A stretch of 50,439 nucleotides of DNA from Thelocarpon superellum (taxonomy: Eukaryota), in contig JAPEUG010000093.1 of assembly GCA_026025795.1 (NCBI GenBank), positions 1 through 50,439 on the forward strand, given 5' to 3'. Each line of letters begins with the position of its first letter. Position 1 is the stretch's first letter. Positions 32,204 to 44,984 of this stretch are shown here, piece by piece. The notes below the pieces were generated by a model. It saw only the letters and a program-made list of their open reading frames with translations, was not told the DNA's origin and made no database searches. Made by a program: the position numbers and the translations under genes.

Positions 32204-35200
32204 TCACCTCCATACCTTCATGGCAGTCCCCGCACTCTCCCGCCCTCGACCTCCACTGCCCATCACCGCACTCAAGCGGTTCGGCTCTCGACCGATGTGT
32301 CCTCCACCTCCACCGCCCCGGCTGTCCCCAATCGTCATCCGTCGGCCGGCCTTGAGCACCGGGGCCGTGCGAGGGCTCAGCACGCTCCCATGAAAGACAT
32401 TCTCTCGGTCGCTCTTGACCATGCGCCGCGCGTGGCCCGCGGTGAACAAGGCGCTCTCGTTGCCCGGCGGGCTTTGACTCGCCCCGCCTGGACTACGTCG
32501 GCGCTGCGGACGCGTGACCCCGCCGAGGCCCCCCGTACTCCCATTGATCGACGACGCCCGCTTCATGGCCGATTTGATCCGCATCGCGTCCGACGCATCC
32601 GCCTTCCACGACCCACGCTCGAGGTCCGACGACGGTGGGCCGCCGCTGTCGGGCGCGCTGAGGTCCGATGACGCCGACTGCACCAGCTGCAGGGACGACC
32701 GGTTGAGCGCCTTGCTCAGCTCGATCGTGCGCAGTGGGGACGTGTCCGAATCCGAGGATGAGAGCGACGTCAGCTGCGGAGGCGGCGGCGACCCATCCGA
32801 CTTCTTCGACAAGAATCCCGCGCGGAACCGGCCGTTCTTCGGCTGCGGATTCACCGACGATCCCGGAGGCGTGGGGAGAGGCGACGAGCTGCCATGGGGA
32901 GAGTGGCTCGTCAACACCGGCGCCACCATAGCCGGGGACATGGCGCTGTCCTCGAGCACGACCGGGAGCGTCATGGTCGGCTCGACCGACGACGACCCCT
33001 CCGGCGTCGAGTCGGCCTTCTGTGGCGTCTTCTCAAACTCCGCCAGCGACCCATTCTCCGTATCATCGCGCCACCGGACCGCGCGCTTGGACGGCGACTT
33101 CTTCGGCGTGAACGATACCCCCTTCTTCCCCAGCCCCGCCTTCCGCCGCTTGGGCGAGCTCTTCACGGGCGAGTAGGTGAGGTGAGGGGCGCTGATCGGG
33201 CCCATGACCGGCGGCGGCGCGAGCGGCGACGGACCAAGATGGGCCTGCTTTCGCCGCTTCGGCGTGCCTTGACGTGTCGGCGGGAAGGCTTCGGCCGTCG
33301 CGAGGGCGCCGTCGGCTCTGATCAGTTGCGACGTCGAATCCTCACAGCCACGCACGATCTTCATGAGGATCGTCTTGGCTGCCTCTACCGCGCCGGCCTC
33401 GTTCATGCTCATGATGTCGTAGATGGAGGCCACCGTGTCAAAGTGGGCCGACAGGAGCACCTGCATCGCCGCCGCCTCGCCGCCGCGCTCTTGCTCCAGC
33501 ACAGCCAGCACGTGCTGGCGCTCTGCCGTCGACTTCAACAGCTCCGCTTCCCGCGTCAAGTGGGCCACGTCCTGCCCATTGCCGTCGGTGCCATCCACCT
33601 CGATCAGCTGACGCATCCCCGTCTGGAGGGCCGAGTCGAGCGCCCGCTCCCAGTTGCCCTTGGCGAGACGCTGGTGGTAATGCTGCCGGCTGCCCTCGAG
33701 CTCCACCAGCACGCCGTGCGCCGTGCGCCGCACCGCCGCCAGCGCGCCGGGCACCGTCTCGTCCGCGCGCGCGTCGCAGATGCCGTCAAAGGCCGCGATC
33801 CACGCCGAGAGGAGGGAGATGCGTCGCTCGATCTGCCGCAGCTTCTTCATGTTGCTGGCCTTCTCCTGCCGTTCCGTCGCCGCATGCTCGTGCGCGTTGC
33901 GCAGGCGCGTGATGCCCTCGCGCACGATCGCCTCCCGCTTCTCGCTCTGCTTCTTGAACTTGACGTAGGCGGCGGCCTCATGATCCTTCTGCTGCTGCTG
34001 CAGCTCGTTGATCAGGGCCATCTGCTCGTCAATCTTCTTCAAGAAGTCCTTGACGTGCCGGTTCACGTTGTACACGTTCCGCGTCACCTTGGTCTGGATG
34101 TTCTTGGCCCGGTTGGCGTAGCGGAGCGTGTTCTGCGTCTCGTCAAAGTGCTGACTCGACGGGCTGACGCAGACAATCATGACCGTGCGACAGTTGCCCC
34201 CGAGCGAGAACTTCAGCAGCCGGGTGAGCTTCGAGTTCCGGTACGGCACGTGGTTCTTCTTGCGCGGATCGCACAGGGCGTTGATGCAGCTGCCCAGCGC
34301 CAGCAGCGACTTGTTGATGTTCGCCCCCTCCATCAGCCGGTCGCCGCGGTTCTTGGTCGCGCTGGCCCGCTCGCTGCCCGCCAGATCGATGATGCTCAGC
34401 GTCGCCATGGTGTGGGGCTCGTTGACGTCCGCGTTCCGATCCCGCTGCGACACGTTGATCTGCAGCACAGCGTGTGATCGTGACGAGGTGGCGTTGGCTT
34501 CGGTCGGCGACATGGTCCGGAGCTCGTTGCCCACCATGATCATGTCCATGACCTCCTTGACCTGCGTCGCGTTAGCGCCGCCCTCCCGATGCCGCACACT
34601 GGGGACTGACATTCTGCGGATGGTGGCTCGAGAGCCCGGCCACGGAGACAGCCTGGTTGGCATCTTCCCGCAGCATGAGGCCAGCCTTGCTGCCGCTACC
34701 GGCCGGGACCAAGAGATCCCGGATGGTCTCGTTGTAAATCTCCAGGTAGGAGAGCGACACTTCCGTCTCCTTCTCGTCGCGCCGATCCGCGATCCGCTCA
34801 AAGAGCTCCTGCATGGTCAGGAAGATGATGCCGGGATGCTGTGCCGTGCCCGTGATGGTGTGGGTCTTGCCGCATCCCGTCGCGCCATAGGCAAAGACGG
34901 TGGCATTGTATCCGTCCAGCACGCTATCGAGCAGCGTCTTGGTCGTCGCTTCGTACACATCGCCTTGTGACGTGTTCTCGTCAAAGACCCGATCAAAGGC
35001 GAATGTTTGGTCCTTGACTCGCTTGCCAGAACTGGGCACGACCGACTTGGAGAAGCGCTGGACGGGGTTGTCCTCGGGCGGATCAAAGACGCTACCGTCG
35101 CCGTCAGCCTGCACACCTTTCCTCCGTCGCTCCGCGGGGTCTTACAGGCATTTGTCGTCGACCACTTTGATCACCGGTCGGATCCCCTTTTGCATCAGCT

Positions 35201-35481
35201 TTGGCGTCGGCACCGCCGCCAACGAGCCGTCGCCCAGGAAGAGCGGACCATCGTCACATTTGGTTCTGAGTAGCTACCGTTAGCCCACCACTCATCCCTA
35301 CGACGACCGAAACCTGTCGGTGCAAGCTCGCCCACGTACAGTTGTGCTGCCTCTCGGATGGTGAACGGCCGCACACGGACTGGAGCATGATCAGCAACGG
35401 GCAGGCTCCCCCAGGTCAATGACGAGGGGAGATTGTCGTACCTGTGACGGAGATGGAGGATGCACCGTCGGGCATGGCCAT
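32204..35481 (-). CDS. KIP3: Kinesin-8 family motor (Kip3/KipB/Klp5-like); introns 35441-35380, 35339-35266, 35145-35092, 34610-34562
   Basis: SISVTVRVRPFTIREAAQL, FAFDRVFD, P-loop AYGATGCGKTHT, NATSSRSHAVLQ, IDLAGSERAS, HVPYRNSKLTRLLKFSLGGNC, TLRYANRAKNI. All four introns have canonical signals. Confidence 0.93.
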
Positions 35482-36105
35482 GTTGGAGGCCTCGTAGGCC
35501 ACGAGCAGACTGGGGGATGATGGAGCAGGGCCGCTCCGCGGGCCTTCCCTCCAACGAGATGCGGAATGGGGCCGCGAGCCGGCGGTCGATGTCCAGCAAA
35601 GCGATCGTCGGACGATCCGACCAAGGACGACCTCTCGTCAAAGGAGCATGGGCCTCTCACGAGGTGCTCGTTGGAAGTGGACGTTGGGCGGTCAGCGTTA
35701 CCTACTGGTCCTGGTACGGAACTTATCGATCGCTGTTGTTGCCCGTTGCTCCCTCTTTGATTGTTTACAATGACCTCCCGCTAACCCACTACGCACTAGC
35801 GTCGTCTTCCCTCCCGTCAACCACCTCGCTGCTCGCGTACTCTTTCTCCCTCGCTTCCAGCTGCCGACGAGGCTCTCGCACAAGTTCTCCAAGCGTCGGA
35901 CGGATCGTATAGTTACTGGTACAAAGTGCACGACCGTGCCTTTCACCAGACAGACGGGCGACCTTTTACACAATCCATCGTGCAAAGGTAGGACATCTAG
36001 ATGAGGGGGGGATGTGCAAGACGAGGCGCGTGTAGATACTGTCGAAACCTCCCAAGCTGCACCTCCAAGGTGCCCATTGCCAAACAGGCCCGCGCGGTGT
36101 ACAGG

Positions 36106-36585
36106 TTATGCGGTCTCGTCATATTCGTCGTCGTAGGTCGGAATGACGACGTCGAAAGGTTCCGCCTCGTCCGCCAGCTCATCAGATGCGGCCGCGCGAG
36201 CCTCGGTCTCCCCCTTGAAGCGAAAGGCCACGAAGCTCTTGTCCTTGACCCCGGCACCTTGGAGCGAATCCAGGCCGTTCACTTTGGCCGCCGCGCGCGA
36301 CTTGCCCGCCTTGCCATCGCCATTCAAATCAACCGCCTCGAGTGTCGTCCATCCCTGGCTAAGATCTTTCGAGTCCACGGGCTTCCCGAAAATGATATCC
36401 GCCGGCTCGGTCGGGATGGTGATTCCATCGAGCTGACCGGAGGGATATCGTGCATGGAGGGCTTTGAGCACTTCCGCCTTCACCGTGGCCAGCGGCCGGT
36501 TGCAGTCGAGGTCCAGGAGGATGGTGAGCTTGCCGCGCTTGAACCGGATGTTCCAGTCGAGTGGGCTCAGCTTGGTCGCCGCCAT
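36106..36585 (-). CDS. Conserved-looking fungal hypothetical protein (159 aa, acidic C-terminus)
   Basis: CAGC-ATG start, GC3-biased codons, globular-looking sequence (WNIRFKRGKLTILL..FVAFRFK..FDVVIPTYDDEY). Confidence 0.7.
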   Translation of the reverse strand: MAATKLSPLDWNIRFKRGKLTILLDLDCNRPLATVKAEVLKALHARYPSGQLDGITIPTEPADIIFGKPVDSKDLSQGWTTLEAVDLNGDGKAGKSRAAAKVNGLDSLQGAGVKDKSFVAFRFKGETEARAAASDELADEAEPFDVVIPTYDDEYDETA

Positions 36586-36973
36586 GCTGCGTGAACGTGC
36601 CGGCGACGTCGCCGGATACTGCCCCGCGACAAGTCAGAGACGGCGTGTGTGAGGCGCGCACACGCGAGATACGTACCGTGAAGATGGACCGGCCCACAGA
36701 AAGACGTAGCGGGGAAAGCACGCGAAGAGATCCACGTTCGATCGTGAATTCTGGAATCGCGAGTCACACGTTCAAAGGCCGTCGCCACTGGCCCGGCCTT
36801 TGTTCGCTCCAGGTGAAGCGCAACGCCTGACTCCGAGTACTTGGTCCGCCGCTTTGGGGCCAATCACCGCCTAGACCACGCATCATCATTTCTCCGACAG
36901 CCGACGGAGGGTGAGTCACGTGTCGCCACGAGGAACGACCGAGCTTCTGGGGCGCCGCAGACGCCATCATCCG

Positions 36974-37639
36974 ATGGCGCTGCACATGGAGCCTGTGGAC
37001 GAAGCTCCCCTCGGCGCCCGCGACGTCGCCGAGCTGCGGAGGAGCCTCCGATTGTCCCTTCCCTTTGGATTGCGCCTCCCCTTCGGCACCGGCATCGCCT
37101 TTCTCGGCGGCTCGGGACTCGGGCTCGCTCATGGCTCGCAAACGGCCGGCTGGCGCTTTCGCGCGGAGAACGCGCACCGGCTCCCGCGCACCACGACGGG
37201 CTGGTACCTGTACCACAAGAGCAAAAACTACCACATGATGTTTGGTGGGGTGACGGAGGGCCTGAAGATGGGGGGCAAGCTGAGCCTGCTGGCCGGCGCC
37301 TTCTTCACCGTCGAGGAGGCCGTCGATCGCACGCGGGGAACCCGGGACTGTTTGTCGACCGTCATCGCGGGCCTTGGCATCGCGGGGGGATGGAGCCTGT
37401 GGAGTGCGTTGATGACGCAACCAGCTTGTGTGGGGAATTACTGATGACAATTAGATCGCTTTCCTATTCAGACCGCCGCCCGGACAGCGAAGGCCGGGCT
37501 TCTCTTTGGCCTCGCCTACGGTCTCGCCCAGGACGTACTCAGTTTGGCACGCGGTCGACGGCCCGGCTACGTGGATGTGATGCTCGGACGGCGGAGAACG
37601 AGGAACAGACCCGAGACGAGGCCGGAAATGCCTGGGTGA
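36974..37639 (+). CDS. Conserved fungal Gly-rich membrane protein, probably Tim17/22/23-related; exons 36974-37403 and 37455-37639
   Basis: Motif RFRAENAHRLP..GWYLYHKSKNY and GxxxG-rich hydrophobic segments. Intron 37404-37454 (GTGCGT..ACTGAT..TAG) extends the frame to TGA at 37637-37639. Confidence 0.72.
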
Positions 37640-38051
37640 GGCCTGCACTCGAATGAGAGCGGATGCGGCCGCGTCATGACGTCCCAAGTTGATGTCATAT
37701 TTGATGACGCCCAGCGGACTCTGGGACCACGGGCTCACACCCTGACCGCTACTTGTAGGCCTCTCCTGGAAAGAGATTGACATGCACGCCGTCACTCGCC
37801 GCCACTGGCATGGGCGGAGGTTTGATGGCCGCTGAGGGAACCATTGTGCCTACGACGCCCACGCGTCCCAAGTGCGCCGAGAAAACTGGTGCTTGTTGAG
37901 AGGTTGGTGAGCTGATGTACATGGAATAGAGTGGAGGTGAGAAGAGCTCAACCAGATCGCCGCCTTCGGCTAGTGTAGCTATCTAGGAATGACCAATCTC
38001 GAAACATCGGTCCGTCGCCGCCCTCCAACAATCTCCGACCCATGATATGCT

Positions 38052-39162
38052 TCACCGACGATTGTTGTTCCTCATGCCCAAGATCTGCACCATCCGGATG
38101 AAGATGTTCAGGAAGTCGAGCTCGAGACTGATGCTCTCGTTGACGACGTCCTTCTGGACCAGGCCTCGCTGCGCCAGACGCGCGTGGTGCAACACCTTCT
38201 GCACGTCGTAGAGGGTGAAGCCACCGAAGACGGCGAGTCCTCCGTACAGCCAGATGTTCTCAGTCCACATCAAGGTGCGCACGGCCGTCGCGGGCAGCAC
38301 GAGCGGGGCAAAGCCGGAGATGGCCACCACGGCCACGCCGGCCAGCAGCGGCCCGCCCAGGTAGAGGTACTTTTCTTGCTTGGCCGTGGCACCGACAAAG
38401 GCAATCGATCCCATCATCCCGAGGGTGTAGAGGCCGGCACGAGCGAGGAGGGCGGGTTGCATGAAGAGCAAGGGGGACAGGACGGCGGCTTGGGTGACGT
38501 TAAACGCCCCCCAGAACGCGTACTTCTGCACGTAGCTGTAGCGTCCTCGTCAGTCGCACTTCGGACACACCTTGATCAAGCGGAAGAACTCACTTGTCGG
38601 GCGGAGTCGCAAAAGTGGCGTACATGGTGCCAATACTGGCGGCCAAGCTGACTCCAATGACTGCCCACGGATTCATTGCCATCAACCGATAGCTCCATCC
38701 GCTTTGGTGCATCGCACTGGCGGCGATCCCGATAATGCCGACGCCCAGTCCGGTGTGCAGGAAGGTGTCATTCAAGTACTGGCGCTCATACAACGGCATC
38801 CCCCCGTCCTCGCGCGTCTCCCGGTTGAAAATGAGGTTGATGGCGACGACGGTGCCGCCGACGATGCCTGCGCCATACAGCAATCGTTGCGTGAGGTTGG
38901 CGGTATCGGGCCGGGGAAGCTGGTAGGTCTGCTGGTTGTAAGGTCGGCGCCATGCATGCTGAAGGGTCGTCGGTAACCGGGCCAGCGTCAGGCCCGGCTG
39001 ATGCGTTCTCGATCTCGAAGCAGCGAACGGAGCGGTGGAATAGAATTGGGAGAGCTGCCACGACCGCGCAGGCACCGCCTGGCGGAAGGCCTGGGGCACC
39101 TGCCGCGAAGCCGTAGACAGCGATGAGCTGAGGGCAAATGGGCGTCGGAGGACGAAAGCCAT
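38052..39162 (-). CDS. GHITM: Mitochondrial Bax inhibitor-1 family protein (GHITM/MICS1/TMBIM5-like); exons 39162-38594 and 38535-38052
   Basis: Presequence-like N-terminus, ERQYLNDTFLHTG, YLYLGGPLLAG, LYGGLAVFGGFTLYDVQK, ESISLELDFLNIFIRMV. Intron 38593-38536. Confidence 0.88.
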
Positions 39163-41348
39163 CGTGAGTGGTGTAGATCCTGACGGAACCGACGGTGGTG
39201 AGGGGAGGCGAACGGCGGCACCTGCCGGGAAGATATCTGACGTTGACGATCAGTCATAGATCACGTGTCCGACGTTTCTAGAACCGACCCCCAATCTGGC
39301 CCCTAATACACGTGACTCGACCCTATCCACCCGTGCGATGTTTGTTCACTATGTTAGTTATGTTACTCGTACCAGCTTGTCATGCCCTCTTCCGACCGGT
39401 TGGCCGGAGGCGACGCCGCTCCGAACCTCGGCCGACCGCCAACCCCTGGTTTCCCGCGTCTTAACATAGGACAAACCCGGTCGGCGGACCATGCAGTCAT
39501 GCATCGTCCAAATGACGTTCAGGACTGCATAACTGGATGAGGCATGGGGCCTGCGTCAAGTTTGCGCAGGCACGAGCTAACGAGGTCGGGGAGTTGGGAG
39601 ACGGTGGAGGGAAGGACCCTCGCGTGCCAGCAAGCGTGTGGGTGCCGAGGATCGCCGACTCCTCATGGAAGAATAAGAATGCCGGGTCACGAGCCCACTA
39701 CTCATGCGAGAACTCGTGCTACTGCGGTAATTTCCCAGCGCAGGACCCGCGACCCCCGGAGCCCAAGTCGGCTCGCGCACGACCGTAGCTGAGGGTGGTG
39801 AAGAGCGTAGAGGATGGGGGACGGGGGGAGGGGCGGTGGCAGAGATTATCGTCGATCCTTCGAGTGCTACTAATAGACCATCCATGGGTCGGTACCAGTA
39901 CATTGCTCGTTGGATGAGCGTCGCCACGAAGGCTGGCGGCTCCGTTGGCATAGACGCGTGCGAGCCGGTGCTCGTCCATGCAATCGACCCAGGGACCGGC
40001 ACCCGCCGTGGCCTCGCGCCGATGCTTCGAGCAACGGGTGATCTCCCAGCGACGATCGCGGGCGCTGGACGCTGGGCATGGTGCCACGAACGCGCCACGG
40101 GGCAGAAGATCCAAGACGCTTCGTCGGCTGTTCTGCCGTGCGACCGGGGCCCTATCCAGCGGGCTTATCGCCTCGCCTCGTCTCGCCTCGTCTCCCGGAG
40201 GAGGATCGGGTGGCCTCTAACTCTACCTTACAGGTCCATTGGAAGGGTCTGAGACGGCGCCCAGCCCTCGTGGCCCCCCTTCTCTCGCCTGCCGATGGTC
40301 AGGTACGGTAAGGGTCAGGGTGCGGGAACGTTTCTAGAAGGGCGTCGGAAGGAGATGACGAGTCATGGGAACGGACACGAGGCCCTCTAATCATGCTACT
40401 AGGGATGCTGCTGCATTACCGAGCGACGCGGCGGTATCTGGCGTGCTGGATAGCGTGCCCTCCACCTCGTGCTGACCGGCACTGGTCAGGCACTCGGGGG
40501 CAGCCAAGCCCTGCATCGGACGCCGGACGCTGAACGCCGGACACCGCACACCGCACACCGGACGCTGGACAGGTCCCCGAGGCGCCGGGAACAGGGGAGC
40601 GCTACGCTCCTTCCATCGCGATGGCGGATCGATGGGGTGTGGTCCAGGAGTCCACTAGTTGGCTCGGGGACCGTTCGAAGGTCTGCTAGGTGGATGGGGG
40701 CGAGTACTGGGTGCGGTCGCTGGTCGAGTAGCATCGTCTGGTCCAATAGAACGGCGACGGTCGATGGACAGGCCCACCGTTGCCCATCCGAGTACACGGT
40801 ACCTGATCCCGCCCTCCATGCTGTTGTTCGCTCGTTCAGCTTGCCCAATCACAACCACTGCCCAGCCTGGTCCTGTCTCGTGTTCCTTCCAACCCACGGG
40901 GTACTTGCCGGCCCTGCCCGATGGCGTCCGTGAGTGTGTGCCATGCAATCGCTCCGTCGTAGCCGTGTATCCTCTCCGCTTGTAGTCCAGGGCCAGCAGG
41001 CCGCAGGGCTCGGGGGTCAATTGTCGTAGTTGTAGTCGTCGTAGTCGTCGAAGTCGTACGTCGGCGCAGGTCGGCGTCGGTCGGTCATCGCCAAAAGTCC
41101 GACGCTCCCCAGACGTCTGGCGCACCCCACCACCCTCGCGCCGCTCAAACCCACGCCCACGCCCACGCTCACGCCCACGCCCACGCCTACGCCTACGCCC
41201 GCGCACCCACACCCACTCACCCTCACCTTCACCCTCGCACGACTCCCTCGGACTACGGCCTCCCCACCCCGTACCTGTTTCAGACCCGGATCCATCGTTG
41301 CCATCATCGTAGACGACCACAATCACGACACCTGCCCACCCCCATCCA

Positions 41349-41414
41349 GTGAGTCTTCCTCGTCCGTCACGTCGCTCTCTCACTCATGCTAACCAGCTGC
41401 GACTGCGGCATCAG
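41349..41414 (+). other. Probable 5'-UTR intron of the cNMP/F-box gene
   Basis: GTGAGT donor at 41349, GCTAAC branch at 41388, CAG at 41412-41414, in non-coding DNA about 600 nt upstream of ATG 42012. Confidence 0.5.
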
Positions 41415-42011
41415 CCAACCTCCCTCTCATCAGCTCGCTGGCTGAGACGATCGATTGCTGGGAGCCTTCTTCTCCACACGCCTTGATACCTCCGCCAGCC
41501 CTGTCGCCGAGCTCCTTTGATTGTCGGTGCCCAGTGACTGGATCGCCGTCGGCTTTCGCGAATCACCGCACCTCACGCAGACCTTCACATCCTCATATCC
41601 TCCCGTCCTCACGTGAACGAGCGTCGACGCGATCAATTATAGGAGGAACGGAAACTGATTGTCCAGTCGTGCTCCAACCCAGCGCGTGATCCGGCCTTGT
41701 GCATTATCATCGGGCCTCGCGACGTGTACCTGACCCTTGTTCAAAACCCCACATTTATCGCCACCGCCACCACAGCCCGGGAAAACACACTCAGAGCCAA
41801 CCTTGACAACCCGTCAAGGCTGGAACGATGTACCGGTGCGCATAGGAGGAGCCGGCGACATCCGCTTGCTTGGAAGACTGGGAGACTGGGAGATTGGAAA
41901 GCCAGGAGGACCTCCGGCCTGGGCTGGACCGGTGGGACGGCTCGTCAAGCCAGGGGACAAGGCGTTGAGGACGAAAGACCAGCGCGGTGATCCCCACAAC
42001 GACCGAGCGCC

Positions 42012-44984
42012 ATGCGTCGCCACCACCGAGGCCCAGGCGGGGCCGGCCCGGCCCACGTAGCCAAAGCCAATGGTGCGCCCATCCCTGATGCCCTGTCTCT
42101 GATCCGCACCTTCAACTCCGAAACCAATCCGGCCCGGCCCGTCCGTCCCTCGCCCCTCACCGCCTCGCCCATCTCCGGCATCCCGTTGGACCTGCTCGAT
42201 CGCATCCGCTCCTTTCCACTCTTCCAAAGCGCGCCCGAGTCCTTCCTTGCGGCCATCGGGACGCATCTCCGGCCACAACTCCATTCATCACATGACTACA
42301 TCCTCACCGAAGGTGACGAGGCCAAGTCCATGTACTGGCTCGTCCGAGGCGCCGTGGCCGTCACCTCGCGCGATGGCGAGGCTACGTATGCTGAGCTGAA
42401 GCCGGGTGCCTTCTTCGGCGAGATCGGCATCCTGATGGATATCCCCCGGACCGCCACCATCATCGCGCGGAGCCGATGTCTGCTGGTGGTGTTGAAGAAG
42501 GAAGATCTGCAGAAGGAGCTGCCCAAGTTTCCAGAGGTGGAACGCGCCATCCGGGACGAGGCCCAGGAGCGGCTCACGATCCTGAATCGGAAGAAAAAGG
42601 AGAGCGGCTACGGCATTCGCCAACTCCCGCTGACCCTTCCCGCGCGCACCGGGAAGAGAGCGCGCGAGGGGACGAACGGCGAGGTCACCATGGGCGAGGC
42701 CGGCGCGGTGACCGACGCCGGCGTGGTCAACAACAAGAAGCGAAAGTCACCAAGCCCGGGCATCACGGACGTGCCGACGACGTCGAGTGCGCTGGGCAAC
42801 GGCCTGGTGAATGTGCGACAATTGCTGCGCGAGCTTCCCCTCTTCGCCGGTCTGCCGCCGGAGATCCTCCACTTCCTGGGCCTGAGCGCGCAGCCGCGTA
42901 CGTATCCGCCCTTTACCAACATCATCCGGCAAAATTCGCACGGCCGCGAGATCTTCTTCATCGTGCGCGGTGAGGTGGAGGTGGTGGATGAAAAGTTGCC
43001 CAGCACCAACGGCGACTACTTTGGCAAAGGCAACGCGACGCGCGCCAGCCGCAGCCAGAAGGTCAAGGCGCGGCTGAAGCAGGGCCAGTACTTTGGCGAA
43101 GTGGCCAGTCTCTCGCTGGCGCCACGGCGGACGGCCACGGTGCGGTCCGTGGCCTTGGTCGAGTGTCTCATGATCAGCGGCGAGGTGCTGAATGAGCTGT
43201 GGAAGCGATGCTCGCCCAGCCTGCGGCAACAGGTGGAGGTGACGGCGCGGAAGCGGATGGAGAGCACCAGCGGAATCGACTCGGATCAGCCCATGACCGA
43301 CGTGACCGACACATCGACCCCGCCGATCAGTGATCTGGAGATTGCCGACCGAACGCCGCTGACGCCACGGAAGCAGTCGGTGCCGTCGGTCACCTTCAGC
43401 CAGGCGACGCCGGAAAGCCCGCACAAGCCATCGCGCATGGAGGACCGGGGGGTGATCGAGCCCTTTGACCCTGACCCCTTCCTCAATGCCGATCTAGACA
43501 ATATGCGGTCAAAGTCACGCCGCAGCTCCTGGGCCCCCCCTCCGCCCGACGAAGCGGGTGTTGAGGGTGACGAGGGGACGAATGGGCATATGGTGACGGG
43601 TGAGGCAAGGTCATATGCCTCTCGTCCGGCCAAGGCGAAGCACGTCACGACCCCTCCTGAACACTACGCAACGCCGAAGCGGCCACGAACAGCGCAGCGA
43701 CGACCGACGCAGTTCAGCAAGGGCATTTTCTCGGATGACCTCCTCATTCAGATCTTCCGACATTGCGACGTCTTTGAACTGATGCATCTGCGAGGGGTGT
43801 CGATGCACTGGTGCAAGCTATTGAGCACGTCGACCGACATCCTCCGCACGCTGGATCTCCGGCCATACAACCGCCGGGTCACGGACAGACTGCTCGTGTC
43901 GACCATCTGTCCGTTCGTCGGGCCGCGACCACAGATGGTGGACATTAGCAACTGCTTCCACATCACCGACGAGGGATTCACCTATCTGGCGGCCATGTGC
44001 GGGGCCAACGTGCGGGTGTGGAAGATGAAGAGCGTGTGGGACATTACGGCGCAAGCGGTGCTGGAAATGGCGAACAAGGCCAAGGGACTGGAGGAGATTG
44101 ACCTCAGCAACTGCCGCAAGGTCAGCGACAACCTGCTGGCGCGGGTGGTGGGCTGGGTGGTGCAAGAGCCGCCGCCGATGCCGAACGGGACGCGGGGTGG
44201 GCCGGGCAAGGCGAACCACCAAGCGATGATGCAAGCGCCACCAGGCACCGTGATTGGGTGTCCGCAGCTGAAGCGACTGACCCTGTCCTACTGTAAGCAC
44301 GTCACGGACCGGTCGATGGCTCATCTGGCGGTGCACGCGGCCTCGCGGCTCGAAGAAATTGACCTCACCCGATGCACGACCATCACGGACCAAGGCTTCC
44401 AGCACTGGAGCATCTATCAGTTCTCGCGGCTGCAAAAGTTGTGTTTGGCCGACTGCACCTACCTCACGGACAACGCGATTGTCTATCTCACCAACGCGGC
44501 CAAGGGATTGCGCGAGCTTGATCTGGTGAGTCGAATGGCGCAGCTGCAGCTGGTACGGGGACGGGTACGGGGCAGATTGCTGATGTGACGGATCCAGTCT
44601 TTCTGCTGTGCGCTCTCCGACACGGCTACAGAAGTACTGGCGTTAGGCTGTCCCCATCTCTCCGTGCTACGACTCTCCTTCTGCGGCTCAGCTGTGTCAG
44701 ACTCCTCACTACGAAGCATCGGGCTCCATCTGCTCGAACTGCGCGAGCTGTCTGTGCGAGGCTGCGTGCGGGTGACAGGACTAGGGGTCGAAGCAGTGGT
44801 GGAAGGGTGCCACAACCTGGCCGTCTTCGACGTCAGCCAGTGCAAGAATCTGGCTCGGTGGCTGGAAGAGGGCGGGGTGGAGCGATGCAAGAATGGCTGG
44901 AAGCGCCCCATTCGCTTCGAGGTCGTGGCGGGAGATGGGTCCAACTGGCTACGGGAGTCGCCGGGGGGTGGGCCAAGGTTATGA
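42012..44984 (+). CDS. Protein with two cyclic-nucleotide-binding domains, an F-box and leucine-rich repeats; exons 42012-44525 and 44598-44984
   Basis: cNMP cassettes FFGEIGIL..PRTATI and YFGEVASL..RRTATV. F-box-like FSDDLLIQIFRH..LRGVSMHW. Cys-containing LRRs (IDLSNCRKVSD, LTLSYCKHVTD, IDLTRCTTITD). Intron 44526-44597. Confidence 0.9.

Noticed and set aside
44973..44984. C-terminal PRL as a peroxisomal PTS1 on the F-box protein
   Set aside because: Non-canonical tripeptide with a Gly-rich upstream context; implausible for an SCF subunit.
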